NCBI GenBank assembly: GCA_001002325.1 | Contig: LCNZ01000007.1 | Location: 91,410-155,409 of the forward strand | Length of the DNA: 64,000 nucleotides | Reading direction: 5' to 3' | Source: Candidatus Amesbacteria bacterium GW2011_GWB1_47_19 | Lineage (GTDB): Bacteria; Patescibacteriota; Microgenomatia; CAZETR01; Amesbacteraceae | In this document: positions 30,192-39,794 of the stretch, in pieces | How positions within the stretch are numbered: position 1 is the first letter of the stretch | How the letters are laid out: every line of letters starts with the position of its first letter | Notes under the pieces: model-generated | What the model was told of the DNA's origin: nothing | Database searches by the model: none | What the model saw: the letters and a program-made list of their open reading frames with translations, nothing else | Position numbers and translations under genes: made by a program

Positions 30192-30440
30192 ATGAATTTA
30201 TATCAATTGGAGGAAAAGTTAGCCCGGTTGCGGGAGAGGTTGCGCGCACTGGAAACGGTTGAGGCGGAAAAGATCCGCCGGAAGCGGATATTGGCTGATA
30301 TGGGTGATGACTATCGGGAGAATGAAGGGGCAAAACTGGTAATGGAGGACCACAATCTATTTCACCAACGGGTTTTGAGCCTGAAGAAAGAAATTTACGA
30401 AGTCAAAAAGCAGATTATGAAATTGAAGCATTTTGGGTAA
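30192..30440 (+). CDS. Small coiled-coil protein resembling the GreA/GreB N-terminal domain
   Basis: Helix-GDDYRENEG-helix, compared with GreA GDLSENAEY. Confidence 0.55.
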   Translation: MNLYQLEEKLARLRERLRALETVEAEKIRRKRILADMGDDYRENEGAKLVMEDHNLFHQRVLSLKKEIYEVKKQIMKLKHFG

Positions 30441-31641
30441 GGGACTCTACGATGGTTTCGAAGTGGAAGGAGCGGGAGGCCTTGATAAGAATGCAGAGAT
30501 GAGAGTTGCGAGAGGAGAAATCTATGACACGTTGGGATAGGGTTTCGACGGTGTCGAAATACTGCCCGGTGCCGGCGGCGGCAATGGTGTATTTGGTAGC
30601 CGGACCGGTACACAATAAATTCTCTATTTTCAATTTACGAATTTTCAGACCGACTTCTTCATGAGCAGATTGTTCGTATTGACCCAGCTCGTTCATTTGT
30701 CCGAAAACAAAAACCGGAGTATTGCCTGTTAAGCGGGAAATTTCGATTAGTGTGTCCAATGAAGCAGCGACTGCCAGAGGATTGGCATTGTGGGTGTCGT
30801 CTAAAAGCAGCGGTCCGTTTTTGACTGGGATGAGATAGAGGCGTCGGGAGGGGACCGGGGAATGCTCCAATCCATAGACTATATTTTGCGGATGAACATT
30901 AAACAGAATGGCAATTGTGGCGGCAGCAGCAGCAGGATAGGCAAAGTGGCGTCCCAGAAACGGGAGATGAATGGTAAATGATTTTTGATTGATGACTAGT
31001 TCGACTTTGGTTTTGAGGTCGGAGGAGATGACAGAAGATTTGATTTGGGTGAAGCAATTCGGTGAAGCACCAAATTTGAAGACTGAGCCAGAGACCGGGA
31101 GGTTAATATTCGGATCGTCGGCATTGATGACTGCCGGGGCAGACGGTACTAATGCATCAATGAGCTTAGCTTTTTCCGAGGCGACGACAGAAACATCTTT
31201 CAGATACTGGGTGTGGGTGCGGTTGGCATTGAGATAGACAGCCCCGTCAGGCCGGGCTAGCCAAGTATAAAAGTCCATATCACCGGGATACTCAATGCTC
31301 ATTTCCAGGATAAGATAGCGAGTGCGCATGGAACAGCGGAGAATTGTGGTGGGCAGGTTGTAGGTGGAGGTAATATTGTCCAGGGTGGAGACGGTTGGTC
31401 CTTCCAGGGAAAAGACGGAAGTGAGCATATTTTTGGTGATGGTTTTACCGGCAGAGCCGGTAACGGCGATGACCTTGAGTCCGGAAATACGCTGTAGAAA
31501 CAGCAGGTAGTATTTGGCGATACGGCGCTTCAACGGGTGAATGAACCAGTGGAGAAGGGGATTGATTTGCCGGTCCGGAAAAAGTTCCTGGTGGGGAAGA
31601 GGTCCGGTCCAAAGCCGAAGCAAATAATTCGTATCAGTCAT
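30415..31641 (-). CDS. murF: UDP-MurNAc-tripeptide--D-Ala-D-Ala ligase
   Basis: AVTGSAGKTITK, ILEMS, DDTHNANP, GQMNELG, KASR. Confidence 0.9.
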   Translation of the reverse strand: MTDTNYLLRLWTGPLPHQELFPDRQINPLLHWFIHPLKRRIAKYYLLFLQRISGLKVIAVTGSAGKTITKNMLTSVFSLEGPTVSTLDNITSTYNLPTTILRCSMRTRYLILEMSIEYPGDMDFYTWLARPDGAVYLNANRTHTQYLKDVSVVASEKAKLIDALVPSAPAVINADDPNINLPVSGSVFKFGASPNCFTQIKSSVISSDLKTKVELVINQKSFTIHLPFLGRHFAYPAAAAATIAILFNVHPQNIVYGLEHSPVPSRRLYLIPVKNGPLLLDDTHNANPLAVAASLDTLIEISRLTGNTPVFVFGQMNELGQYEQSAHEEVGLKIRKLKIENLLCTGPATKYTIAAAGTGQYFDTVETLSQRVIDFSSRNSHLCILIKASRSFHFETIVESLTQNASIS

Positions 31642-31882
31642 AGACTTTACCGCGGTAATCGACATCATAAATATATAAAGTTTGGTTTGGGGGATCGAAG
31701 GAATAGATTATTCTTAGTGGCCAGGCATAGTAACTTCGGTAGCCTAACAAAACACCACCCAGCTGCTTACCGAGGAGTGGGTTGTCTTTTAGTATACCGA
31801 TTTTTTTTCTGGCCTTTTTCTTTTCCACCGGACCTATTTTTTGGAGGTGTTTGACTGCCGTCGGGGAGAAAATAATCTCCAT
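31634..31882 (-). CDS. RelE/ParE family toxin
   Basis: NPLLGKQL, LRIIY, DYRGKVY; lies downstream of the antitoxin. Confidence 0.85.
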   Translation of the reverse strand: MEIIFSPTAVKHLQKIGPVEKKKARKKIGILKDNPLLGKQLGGVLLGYRSYYAWPLRIIYSFDPPNQTLYIYDVDYRGKVYD

Positions 31883-31892
31883 GAATTAGAGT

Positions 31893-32171
31893 TTACCATC
31901 CGATAAGTTTGTCGGCTTTAGCAGCGGGGATACCTTTGCCTGATTTAATCTCTTTGATTCCCTTTTTGATAGATGTAACAAATTCTTTATCAGACATTAT
32001 TTTCATAGTCTCTAACCACCCTTCGTATTCTTCAAACGGCATAATGACAACTTTGGTTTTACCGCGTAGAGTAATGGTGAATTGGCGGAGTTTATCCGAA
32101 GCTTCATCCAAAAGCTGATAGAAATTAGCTCTAGCTTCGTGGGCTTGGAGAGTGGAACTTAATTGGGTCAC
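31893..32171 (-). CDS. Phd/YefM family antitoxin
   Basis: EARANFYQLLD...ITLRGK...EYEGWLET; direct repeat TGGTACTACT x2 in the promoter. Confidence 0.88.
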   Translation of the reverse strand: MTQLSSTLQAHEARANFYQLLDEASDKLRQFTITLRGKTKVVIMPFEEYEGWLETMKIMSDKEFVTSIKKGIKEIKSGKGIPAAKADKLIGW

Positions 32172-32195
32172 GATATAATGGTACTACTAGTGGTA

Positions 32196-33281
32196 CTACT
32201 TTGTCAAGAGGCGGGGGATAAACGGGGAGAGGCGGGTGAGAACTTCGTAAGCGATATTACCCGTGGATTTTGCCAAGTCCCAGGCACTCTGATTAGAACC
32301 CAATATTTCTACTGTTTTTCCCAATGGATTGGCCACATTAGATAAGTCCAAAGAGATAAAGTTCATAGCAACTCTGCCAATAATCGGGGTGGATTTATTA
32401 TTTATATACACCAGGCCTTTATTTGCCAGACGGATATCTAAGCCGTCACTATACCCTAAGGGTATCAGACCCATAACCTTTTTTTGATTCGTGGTATAGG
32501 TTGCACCATATCCCACCGTTTCTTCTGTGGATAAGTTACGGACTAAAACAATTTTAGATTTCCATAGGATAGCTGGTTTTAGAGCAGGAATAATGGTGAG
32601 GCTAGGGTTTGGAGAAAGACCATAAATTGTAATTCCCGGGCGGACGAGATCCAGGTGGGTTTGGGAATAGTTGAAAATGGCGGCAGAGTTGGCGCAGTGG
32701 GCCAAAACGGCGGGAAAAAGATATTTGGTTTGGGAGACGGTTTGGAGGAAAACATCGAGTTGTTTGAGGGTGGCTATTTTGTTTGTATCGGCGCTGTGAA
32801 AATGAGTGTAAATACCTTCAAGAGTCAGATGGGGGGATCTTTTGATTAAAGCCAGAGCTGATAGCAGTTCGATGGGGGAAAGACCTAAGCGGTTCATGCC
32901 GGTATTGACTTTGAGATGAATGGAGATAGAGGATCGAGATAGAGATAGAGATTGAAGAAAATCGAGTGAGTGGACACATAAGGAGATGTGATGTTTGGCG
33001 ACGAGGAGAAAGTCTGACGGAGAAACCGGGGCAGTGATCAAGATGGGTGTTTTTAAACCTAATTTTCTGATAGTTAGAGCTTCTGAAATGGTGTTTACGC
33101 CAAAGAAATCGACGTGGGGTGCAAGCACCGGAGCGGCGATGTTCAGTCCGTGGCCATAGGCGTTGGCTTTGACCATAGCCATAATTTTGGCGGATTTGGG
33201 AATTTTCCGGCGGAGCACGTGCAGGTTGTGACGGAGAGCAGAGGCAGAAATTTCTATCCAATGGAGAGGGGAATCTCCCAT
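32196..33281 (-). CDS. alr: Alanine racemase
   Basis: VKANAYGHG, KVNTGMNRLG, VRPGITIYG, GYSDG. Confidence 0.96.
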   Translation of the reverse strand: MGDSPLHWIEISASALRHNLHVLRRKIPKSAKIMAMVKANAYGHGLNIAAPVLAPHVDFFGVNTISEALTIRKLGLKTPILITAPVSPSDFLLVAKHHISLCVHSLDFLQSLSLSRSSISIHLKVNTGMNRLGLSPIELLSALALIKRSPHLTLEGIYTHFHSADTNKIATLKQLDVFLQTVSQTKYLFPAVLAHCANSAAIFNYSQTHLDLVRPGITIYGLSPNPSLTIIPALKPAILWKSKIVLVRNLSTEETVGYGATYTTNQKKVMGLIPLGYSDGLDIRLANKGLVYINNKSTPIIGRVAMNFISLDLSNVANPLGKTVEILGSNQSAWDLAKSTGNIAYEVLTRLSPFIPRLLTK

Positions 33282-33306
33282 GCTTGCGTATTATAATGCA
33301 GGCATG
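33279..33306. promoter_or_regulatory. Bidirectional -10 element between alr and ddl
   Basis: CATGCTTGCGT-ATTATAAT-GCAGGCATG; start codons 8 and 6 nt from TATAAT on each strand. Confidence 0.65.
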
Positions 33307-34335
33307 ACAAAAATGAGAGTAGGGTTGGTGTTTGGGGGCAGATCCGGAGAGCATGAGGTGAGTGTAAGGTCGGCGAAATCCATTTATGAAGCGCTGGATA
33401 AGAATAAATATGAAGTGGAACTTTTGGGAGTGGATAAGACCGGGCAGTGGCACAGAATGGACCAGAAATGGCTACCGAAAGGGGCGGAGATGAAAGCGTT
33501 GCCCAGCGGGGAAAAGGGGTTGGCGGTGCAGGAAGAGAAGGTGGATATATTTTTTCCGATTATCCACGGAACTTTCGGAGAGGATGGGACACTACAAGGT
33601 CTCTTTGAACTTTTGGATGTGGCATATGTGGGGGCGGGGGTGCTGGGGTCGGCGGTCGGGATGGATAAGGATGTGCAAAAGAGATTGTTGATTCAGGCCG
33701 GGATACCGGTAGCAAATTATGTCAGTCTAAGTTTAAGTACAAGTTCAGGAAACCCAAAGATTCCTTTTAAATTCCCGGTGTTTGTGAAACCGGCGAATAT
33801 GGGATCGTCGGTGGGGATAAGTAAGATAGAGAAAGAGATAGAGGTAGAGAAAGCGATAAAATTGGCTTTTCAGTATGACACTAAAGTGATTGTTGAGGAG
33901 GCGGTAGAGGGCAGGGAGATTGAAATATCAGTGTTAGGAAATGAGGAGCCGACAGCATCGTTACCGGGGGAAGTGATACCCCGGGGGCATGAGTTTTATG
34001 ACTATGAGGCCAAATATATTGATGAGAATGGGGCGGAATTGGTGATTCCGGCCAGATTGTCAGCAGAACAGATAAAGATATGTCAGGAATTAGCGGTTAA
34101 AACATTTAAAGTTTTGGAATGTTCCTGTATGGCACGGGTGGACATGTTCCTGACTCCGGAGGGTAAATTTGTGGTTAACGAAATTAACACCTTACCGGGA
34201 TTTACCAATATTTCGATGTACCCTAAGTTGTGGGAAGCGACGGGAATAAAATATGCCGATTTATTGGATAAACTTATCCGACTGGCGTTGGAAAAGAAGA
34301 AGGAAAAGGATAAATTGAAGAGAAGTTATTCTTGA
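33304..34335 (+). CDS. ddl: D-alanine--D-alanine ligase
   Basis: GGRSGEHEVS, HGTFGEDG, GSSVG, NEINTLPGFT. Confidence 0.96.
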   Translation: MTKMRVGLVFGGRSGEHEVSVRSAKSIYEALDKNKYEVELLGVDKTGQWHRMDQKWLPKGAEMKALPSGEKGLAVQEEKVDIFFPIIHGTFGEDGTLQGLFELLDVAYVGAGVLGSAVGMDKDVQKRLLIQAGIPVANYVSLSLSTSSGNPKIPFKFPVFVKPANMGSSVGISKIEKEIEVEKAIKLAFQYDTKVIVEEAVEGREIEISVLGNEEPTASLPGEVIPRGHEFYDYEAKYIDENGAELVIPARLSAEQIKICQELAVKTFKVLECSCMARVDMFLTPEGKFVVNEINTLPGFTNISMYPKLWEATGIKYADLLDKLIRLALEKKKEKDKLKRSYS

Positions 34336-34383
34336 GTAATGAACTTGACAAGTATTTAATGTGGTTATATACTTTGCATTATT

Positions 34384-34665
34384 ATGTATACAGTTACATT
34401 AACTCGGCAGGGACAGATTACCATACCATCGGGGATGAGGAAGAGTATGGACATTAAGGGGGGTGATAAATTGAACTTTATTGTTCGGGGAAAGGGAATT
34501 GAGGTGTCCAAAGCGACCGGTTGGGAGTCCTTAAGGGGCGTGCTGGTGGAATTTAAAGGAAATTATCCGACTAAGAGACAACTTGCCAGGGCTCATATAT
34601 CCGGTTTGAATCTAAGAACCCGAAAGGATGCAAAAAATACTAGTCGATACCAACGTTTTGCTTAG
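34384..34665 (+). CDS. AbrB/MazE family antitoxin
   Basis: TRQGQITIP...IKGGDKL; TTGACA-17-TATACT promoter. Confidence 0.85.
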   Translation: MYTVTLTRQGQITIPSGMRKSMDIKGGDKLNFIVRGKGIEVSKATGWESLRGVLVEFKGNYPTKRQLARAHISGLNLRTRKDAKNTSRYQRFA

Positions 34666-34993
34666 GTATCTGGTAGACGGTGATACGTTACTAGAAAAAA
34701 TAGCTGATAAGGGTGTTGTGTGGCTGGTTGAGGAAGTCGTGATAGAGCTGGTGTTTGCGTTACAGGAGCACTATGGTCAATCCAGAGAGAAAATATTTGG
34801 ATGGGTAGTGGATTTACTTATGAAGCCAAATTGCGAAAGTAACAGAACTTTATTATTTAATACCTTGGCCGTTTACAGAGATCAAACTAACTTGAGTATT
34901 GTTGATGCATATTTATTTGCCTTGTCAGAAGAAAATAAAGTTGAATTGGTAACTTACGACAAGAAGCTTAAACGGAAATTGATTAAACAATAA
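34628..34993 (+). CDS. PIN-domain (VapC-like) toxin
   Basis: VDTNVLLRYL, SIVDAY, VTYDKKL. Confidence 0.88.
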   Translation: MQKILVDTNVLLRYLVDGDTLLEKIADKGVVWLVEEVVIELVFALQEHYGQSREKIFGWVVDLLMKPNCESNRTLLFNTLAVYRDQTNLSIVDAYLFALSEENKVELVTYDKKLKRKLIKQ

Positions 34994-36020
34994 CGACTTC
35001 GTATTCCAGATCAATTGAGAAATGTTTTTTGATGTCGGCGCGCATGGCCTCGGCGAATTCGTAAACTTCGGCACCCGTGGCACCGGGGTAGGTTACGATG
35101 ACTAAGGCGTGTTGATCGAAAGTGCCGACGTTACCGACTCTTTTGCCTTTCCAACCCAATTCATCGAGGAGTCTTCCGGCCGGTATTTTGACATAGTCGG
35201 AGGTAGCCAGGGCAGGATCGGTAAGTTTAGGGTAGTCCATGCCCGTAGTGGGGTAGTACTGAATATCCGGGATTTTATTTTGGAGATCGGCTAATTTGGT
35301 TTTGGTAATAAAAGGGTTTTTGAAGAAACTGCCGGCGGTACCCTGTTTGTGCCAATCGGGCATTTTTTGGGTACGGATGTTAATTACTGCACGGCTGACA
35401 TCCTGGACGGCGTAGGGAGGTTCAGCAATTTTTGCAATTTCCGTCTGAAGAGATTCGTAACGGGAATAATAGTCGAGTTTGGAGTGAGAAGATTTGGAAA
35501 GTCTGAAGGTAACTGAGGTAATTAAGAATTGATTTTTCAGTTCGTGTTTAAAGGTGCTATTCCGATATTTGAATTGACAATCGGAATTGGAGAGGATGTA
35601 AGATTTTTGGGCTGAGAGATTGAAATAATTTACAGAATCGATTGTTTGATCCACGGATTGGCCGTAGGCCCCGATATTTTGAATGGGAGCGGCTCCAACA
35701 CAGCCGGGGATAAGAGCCAGGTTTTCGATTCCCGACCAACTGTTTTCTGCGGTGTACATGACAAATTTGTGCCAGTTTTCACCGGCACCAACCTCGATGA
35801 CGACGGAATCTGCGGATTCTTTGAGGACATTTATCCCAGGAAGATTAATTTTGGCAACAGTTCCGGGAAAGTCTTTTGTAAATAGCACGTTTGCCCCCTC
35901 GCCCAGGAAAAAGACATTTTCGGAAGGGAGTTTTTTAATATCAGCCAAAGTATTTATTTCTATCAACTTTTCGGTTTTGGCGGGTACACGCAAAGTAGTA
36001 TATGGGGAGAGGTCAACCAT
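34983..36020 (-). CDS. murB: UDP-N-acetylmuramate dehydrogenase
   Basis: GEGANVL, IPGCVGAAPIQNIGAYG, AGSFFKNP, HALVIV. Confidence 0.96.
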   Translation of the reverse strand: MVDLSPYTTLRVPAKTEKLIEINTLADIKKLPSENVFFLGEGANVLFTKDFPGTVAKINLPGINVLKESADSVVIEVGAGENWHKFVMYTAENSWSGIENLALIPGCVGAAPIQNIGAYGQSVDQTIDSVNYFNLSAQKSYILSNSDCQFKYRNSTFKHELKNQFLITSVTFRLSKSSHSKLDYYSRYESLQTEIAKIAEPPYAVQDVSRAVINIRTQKMPDWHKQGTAGSFFKNPFITKTKLADLQNKIPDIQYYPTTGMDYPKLTDPALATSDYVKIPAGRLLDELGWKGKRVGNVGTFDQHALVIVTYPGATGAEVYEFAEAMRADIKKHFSIDLEYEVVIV

Positions 36021-36178
36021 TAGGGTTTAAATTCGATGATGAGGAAATTCTTTCTGGCGATTAATTTGAGTTTATCACCAATCTTTAGGCGAAACCTTTG
36101 CTTGATTTGTTGAGGTATTGCGAAAGTACCATTTTGGAAATGGATGGGGATTTCAAATGGAAGAGCTTTGTTAATCAT
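36020..36178 (-). CDS. Small AbrB-like DNA-binding protein (52 aa)
   Basis: NGTFAIPQQIKQRFRLKIGDKL; start overlaps the murA end and stop overlaps the murB start. Confidence 0.6.
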   Translation of the reverse strand: MINKALPFEIPIHFQNGTFAIPQQIKQRFRLKIGDKLKLIARKNFLIIEFKP

Positions 36179-37463
36179 GGCGGTCGACGCGTTCGATTTT
36201 GGCTCCAAGGGAAGCAAAGCGGGAGGCGGGGTCTTCGTAACCGCGCTCGATGATTTCCGCATGGTCTATGATGCTTTCCCCTTCGGCGGCCAGAGCAGCG
36301 ATGAGTATGGACATGCCGGCCCGGATATCCGGGGAAGCCAGATGGCGGCCGACCAGGGGGGTGGGACCGGTAACCAGACAGCGGTGCGGGTCGCAGAGAG
36401 TGATATTAGCACCCATTGCCACCAGTTTGTCGGTGAAGAACATCCGGGTTTCGTACATCCAATCGTGCATCAAAACAGTTCCTTGGGTTTGGGTGGCCAG
36501 TACGATCAGAGGACTGAGCAGATCTGTGGGGAAACCCGGCCAGGGACGGGTCTGGAATTTTTGGCGGATGCCCAACTTCTCCGGATCGACTGAGAGCCGG
36601 GAAGGCAGGATTTTGAGGGTGTCACTTTTGGGCCAGGAATATTTAACGCCGAAGCGGGATAAGTAGAGCAGAATCATGCGCAGATCTTTGGGATCTACTG
36701 GAGAAATGGTGATAGTACCGCCGGTGGCGGCAGCCGCAATAGCGAAGGTGCCGGCGTCTATATAATCCGGGGAGACCGGATAGGTTACGGCTTTGAGATT
36801 GGGCGTGCCCAGGACGCTGATGATACCTGATCCCAAACCGGTGATTTCGGCTCCCATACGGGTCAGGAATTGCCCCAGATCGCCCACATGCGGCTCGCAG
36901 GCGGCATCTTCGATGGTAGTAGTGTTGGGTTGAGTAGAGGCCAGAATAAGGGCATTTTCTGTGGCTGTGACGGAAGCCTCGTCCAGAAAGACGGCGACGG
37001 GTTGTTTCGGGGGGGTGAAGCTGCCGGAGACGGTGTCATTGAGGATATCGAATTTTGCTCCCAGACGGGTCAGGGCATCCAGATGGGTGCCGATAGCCCT
37101 TTTGCCAATGACGTCACCACCGGGAAAGCCGATTTTGACCCGTCCGAATTTGGCCAGCAGGGGAGACAGGAACATGACGGAGGAGCGGACTTTGCGGGAT
37201 AATTCCGGGCTGACTTCCCAGTTGTTGCATCCGCGGGGATCGATAGTGATTTTAGGGGTGGCAAGGCCGGTGACTTTTGCCCCCAGAGATTCCAGAATTT
37301 CGGCCATGGCGGAGACGTCACGGATGACCGGGGCCCGGGTCAGAGTTACCGGACCGTCTGCCAAAAGAGAAGCAGCCATGAGTTTGAGAACGGAGTTTTT
37401 ATTACCGGAGATGGTAATGTGACCTGAGAGCGGCGTCCCTCCGGTAACAAAAAATTGGCCCAT
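36171..37463 (-). CDS. murA: UDP-N-acetylglucosamine 1-carboxyvinyltransferase
   Basis: SGNKNS, PGGDVIGKR (Asp at the Cys115-equivalent position), PGFPTD, DIRAG, IERGYE. Confidence 0.96.
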   Translation of the reverse strand: MGQFFVTGGTPLSGHITISGNKNSVLKLMAASLLADGPVTLTRAPVIRDVSAMAEILESLGAKVTGLATPKITIDPRGCNNWEVSPELSRKVRSSVMFLSPLLAKFGRVKIGFPGGDVIGKRAIGTHLDALTRLGAKFDILNDTVSGSFTPPKQPVAVFLDEASVTATENALILASTQPNTTTIEDAACEPHVGDLGQFLTRMGAEITGLGSGIISVLGTPNLKAVTYPVSPDYIDAGTFAIAAAATGGTITISPVDPKDLRMILLYLSRFGVKYSWPKSDTLKILPSRLSVDPEKLGIRQKFQTRPWPGFPTDLLSPLIVLATQTQGTVLMHDWMYETRMFFTDKLVAMGANITLCDPHRCLVTGPTPLVGRHLASPDIRAGMSILIAALAAEGESIIDHAEIIERGYEDPASRFASLGAKIERVDRHD

Positions 37464-37505
37464 GCCAGGGTATTATACCGGGATAGGGCAAGGTATAATC
37501 AAGCA

Positions 37506-38051
37506 GTGAAAGTCAAAAGAGGGCCGTGGGTAGTGACCGGGACAAAGACTGTTTACAAAAATCCCTGGATATCGGTAAGAGAAGATGAGGTGATCCGTCC
37601 GGATGGAAAGCCCGGGATTTTCGGGGTGGTAACTATGAAGGCCGGGGTGACAGTATTACCTGTAGATAATAAGGGGAAGGTATATTTAACACGGGAATTT
37701 CATTATGGGATAGGAAGAATAACAGCAGAAGCCATAAGTGGGGGAATATACTCTGGAGAAGATAAGTTGGCGGCTGCGAAACGGGAGTTGGAGGAAGAAA
37801 CAGGACTTAAAGCAGCCAGGTGGCAATATCTGGACTGGATTGATCCATTTACTACTGCTGTGGTATCCCCCAACTATTTGTATCTGGCTTGTGGACTGAC
37901 TGAAGGACAAAGTCATCCGGAAGGTACGGAAACGATACGCGTGATAAAAGTGCCATATGAAAAAGCATTAGAAATGGTAGAAGAAGGCGAAATTACGCAT
38001 TCGGCTACAGTGGTGTTGCTGTTGAAAGCAAAAGATATTTTGGGGAAATAA
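37506..38051 (+). CDS. NUDIX hydrolase (ADP-ribose pyrophosphatase-like)
   Basis: GG...AAAKRELEEETG box; GTG 6 nt after TATAAT. Confidence 0.9.
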   Translation: MKVKRGPWVVTGTKTVYKNPWISVREDEVIRPDGKPGIFGVVTMKAGVTVLPVDNKGKVYLTREFHYGIGRITAEAISGGIYSGEDKLAAAKRELEEETGLKAARWQYLDWIDPFTTAVVSPNYLYLACGLTEGQSHPEGTETIRVIKVPYEKALEMVEEGEITHSATVVLLLKAKDILGK

Positions 38052-38777
38052 ATGTATAGACTTAAAACTTTGGCGAAATTCCCGGAGTTGATGCATGGGG
38101 TGTCGACGGCGGAGGAGGGGAATATGGCTGAGAAATGGGGAAACAAAGAAGAGGTAAACAGGAACAGGAGAAGATTTTTAGATAAATTAAATATTAAGAT
38201 TGGGGACTGTGTGATGGCCAGTCTGGAATTGGGTATCCGGGTTATGCGGGTGGGGGGCAAAGATAAAGGAATGTATGTTGATGGTGATGTGTTGATAACC
38301 TCTGAGACGGGAGTCGGTTTGTGGATGGTGACAGCGGATTGTCATGCGACGGTGGTATATGATCCGGCAAAGAAGATTTTGGCACTGGCACACTTGGGAA
38401 GACAGGGGCTGGACGGGGGGTTGCCCGGTTTGGTAATCAATAAATTCAGGCAGTTGGGGTCAGATACGGGGGAAATTACCGTAGCGGCGGGACCGGGGAT
38501 AAAGAAGGAATCGTATACCTGGATCGGGAAGTTACCATTTAAAAGAGACTGGGGGAGATTTGCGGAAAAGACAGGTGAAGATGGATATTTACTTGATACC
38601 GGAGAGTTTTTGAAACAGCAATTTATTGAAGCAGAGATAACGAAGCAGAATATAGGGGTAAGTGAAGCGGACGTGTTTTCCGACCGGAGATTTTTTTCCC
38701 ACGTGCGTTCTGTGAAAAACGGTGAACCCGAAGGCCGATTTGCGACGGTGGTGATGATGAACTGGTTAGGGAATTAA
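38052..38777 (+). CDS. Polyphenol oxidase/YfiH (PgeF) family protein
   Basis: TADC, AHLGRQG, GPGI, FFSHVR...GRF. Confidence 0.85.
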   Translation: MYRLKTLAKFPELMHGVSTAEEGNMAEKWGNKEEVNRNRRRFLDKLNIKIGDCVMASLELGIRVMRVGGKDKGMYVDGDVLITSETGVGLWMVTADCHATVVYDPAKKILALAHLGRQGLDGGLPGLVINKFRQLGSDTGEITVAAGPGIKKESYTWIGKLPFKRDWGRFAEKTGEDGYLLDTGEFLKQQFIEAEITKQNIGVSEADVFSDRRFFSHVRSVKNGEPEGRFATVVMMNWLGN

Positions 38778-38789
38778 CTTCCGAAAATT

Positions 38790-39773
38790 CTAATTCGGGA
38801 TTCTACAACGGCGACAGATTTCAGGCAGTAAGTCGTATTTGCCATGCCTCAGGGCGCGGCGCATCTGACGGTAGTATTTATTATCCCAAACGTCATGGAA
38901 TCCCGATTTGGAAATATTACCCAGAGGTGTTTTAATGAGCGCATCACTGGCGCAAAGTATAGTTGTGCCATCTACGGTGATCTCCATTGTAAAAGACGGA
39001 TGAACACAGCGGTTGGTCGGGCTTTGCAGAAGTGCTTCGGCAACATTAATGTTACCCCCTCTATTTGACAACTTTGTTAGCGGAGGATTTAGCTTTAAAA
39101 TTCCATCCTCAAAATATTTTTCACCCAAGTCTTGGAGCCGGGAACTGAATTTTCCATCGTGCGGGGTCATGATTATTTCGTTGATGCCTACGTTTCTGAG
39201 CTGCAAGTAAAGATCTTCTGTCAGGTTATCACCATTGGAGTAAAAGCCGATCGTGGCCTCTGGCAATTTTTTTCTGGCATACTCGGTTCTTTGGACAATT
39301 TTTTTATCAATAGTCGGTTCTCCATAGCCATTCAGATGTAATACTCCGTTAAACCCCTTTTGGTTTGCACGCCGGGGGATTTCGCTCAAGGTATCTATAA
39401 TAGAGTTATATATTTCGTCCCGCATGACCCTATATGGTCGTGTTTCGGGAAATTCTTGTTTACTTACCGGACAATAGGAACATTTTCGGGTGCAGGAGGC
39501 TACAGTCTCCACTCCAACGGCTAATGGCATGTCTGTTCTGCCATATGTGATAAATGAGGAAAATTCGGAGGCGGCCAGCTTTAGGAGCGGGAGCCAGCTT
39601 TCATGTCCGGGAATAGCGTACAGGACATTATTGTTTCTGATTTTTAACCTGGCAGTTTGTACCAGCTCTATTGGAGCAGATTTGAGTTTGTCATGAAGAC
39701 GGGAAAAGAAACCAGAGATGTTTTTTTCGGGAGTAATGGCAGTATCCGCTTGTATTTCAAATTGTTGATCCAT
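38790..39773 (-). CDS. Radical SAM protein with SPASM/twitch domain
   Basis: CTRKCSYC, GYGEP, SNG, SNRGG, and C-terminal Cys motif ending CRRC. Confidence 0.88.
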   Translation of the reverse strand: MDQQFEIQADTAITPEKNISGFFSRLHDKLKSAPIELVQTARLKIRNNNVLYAIPGHESWLPLLKLAASEFSSFITYGRTDMPLAVGVETVASCTRKCSYCPVSKQEFPETRPYRVMRDEIYNSIIDTLSEIPRRANQKGFNGVLHLNGYGEPTIDKKIVQRTEYARKKLPEATIGFYSNGDNLTEDLYLQLRNVGINEIIMTPHDGKFSSRLQDLGEKYFEDGILKLNPPLTKLSNRGGNINVAEALLQSPTNRCVHPSFTMEITVDGTTILCASDALIKTPLGNISKSGFHDVWDNKYYRQMRRALRHGKYDLLPEICRRCRIPN

Positions 39774-39794
39774 GAACTTTTATACTATATAAGA

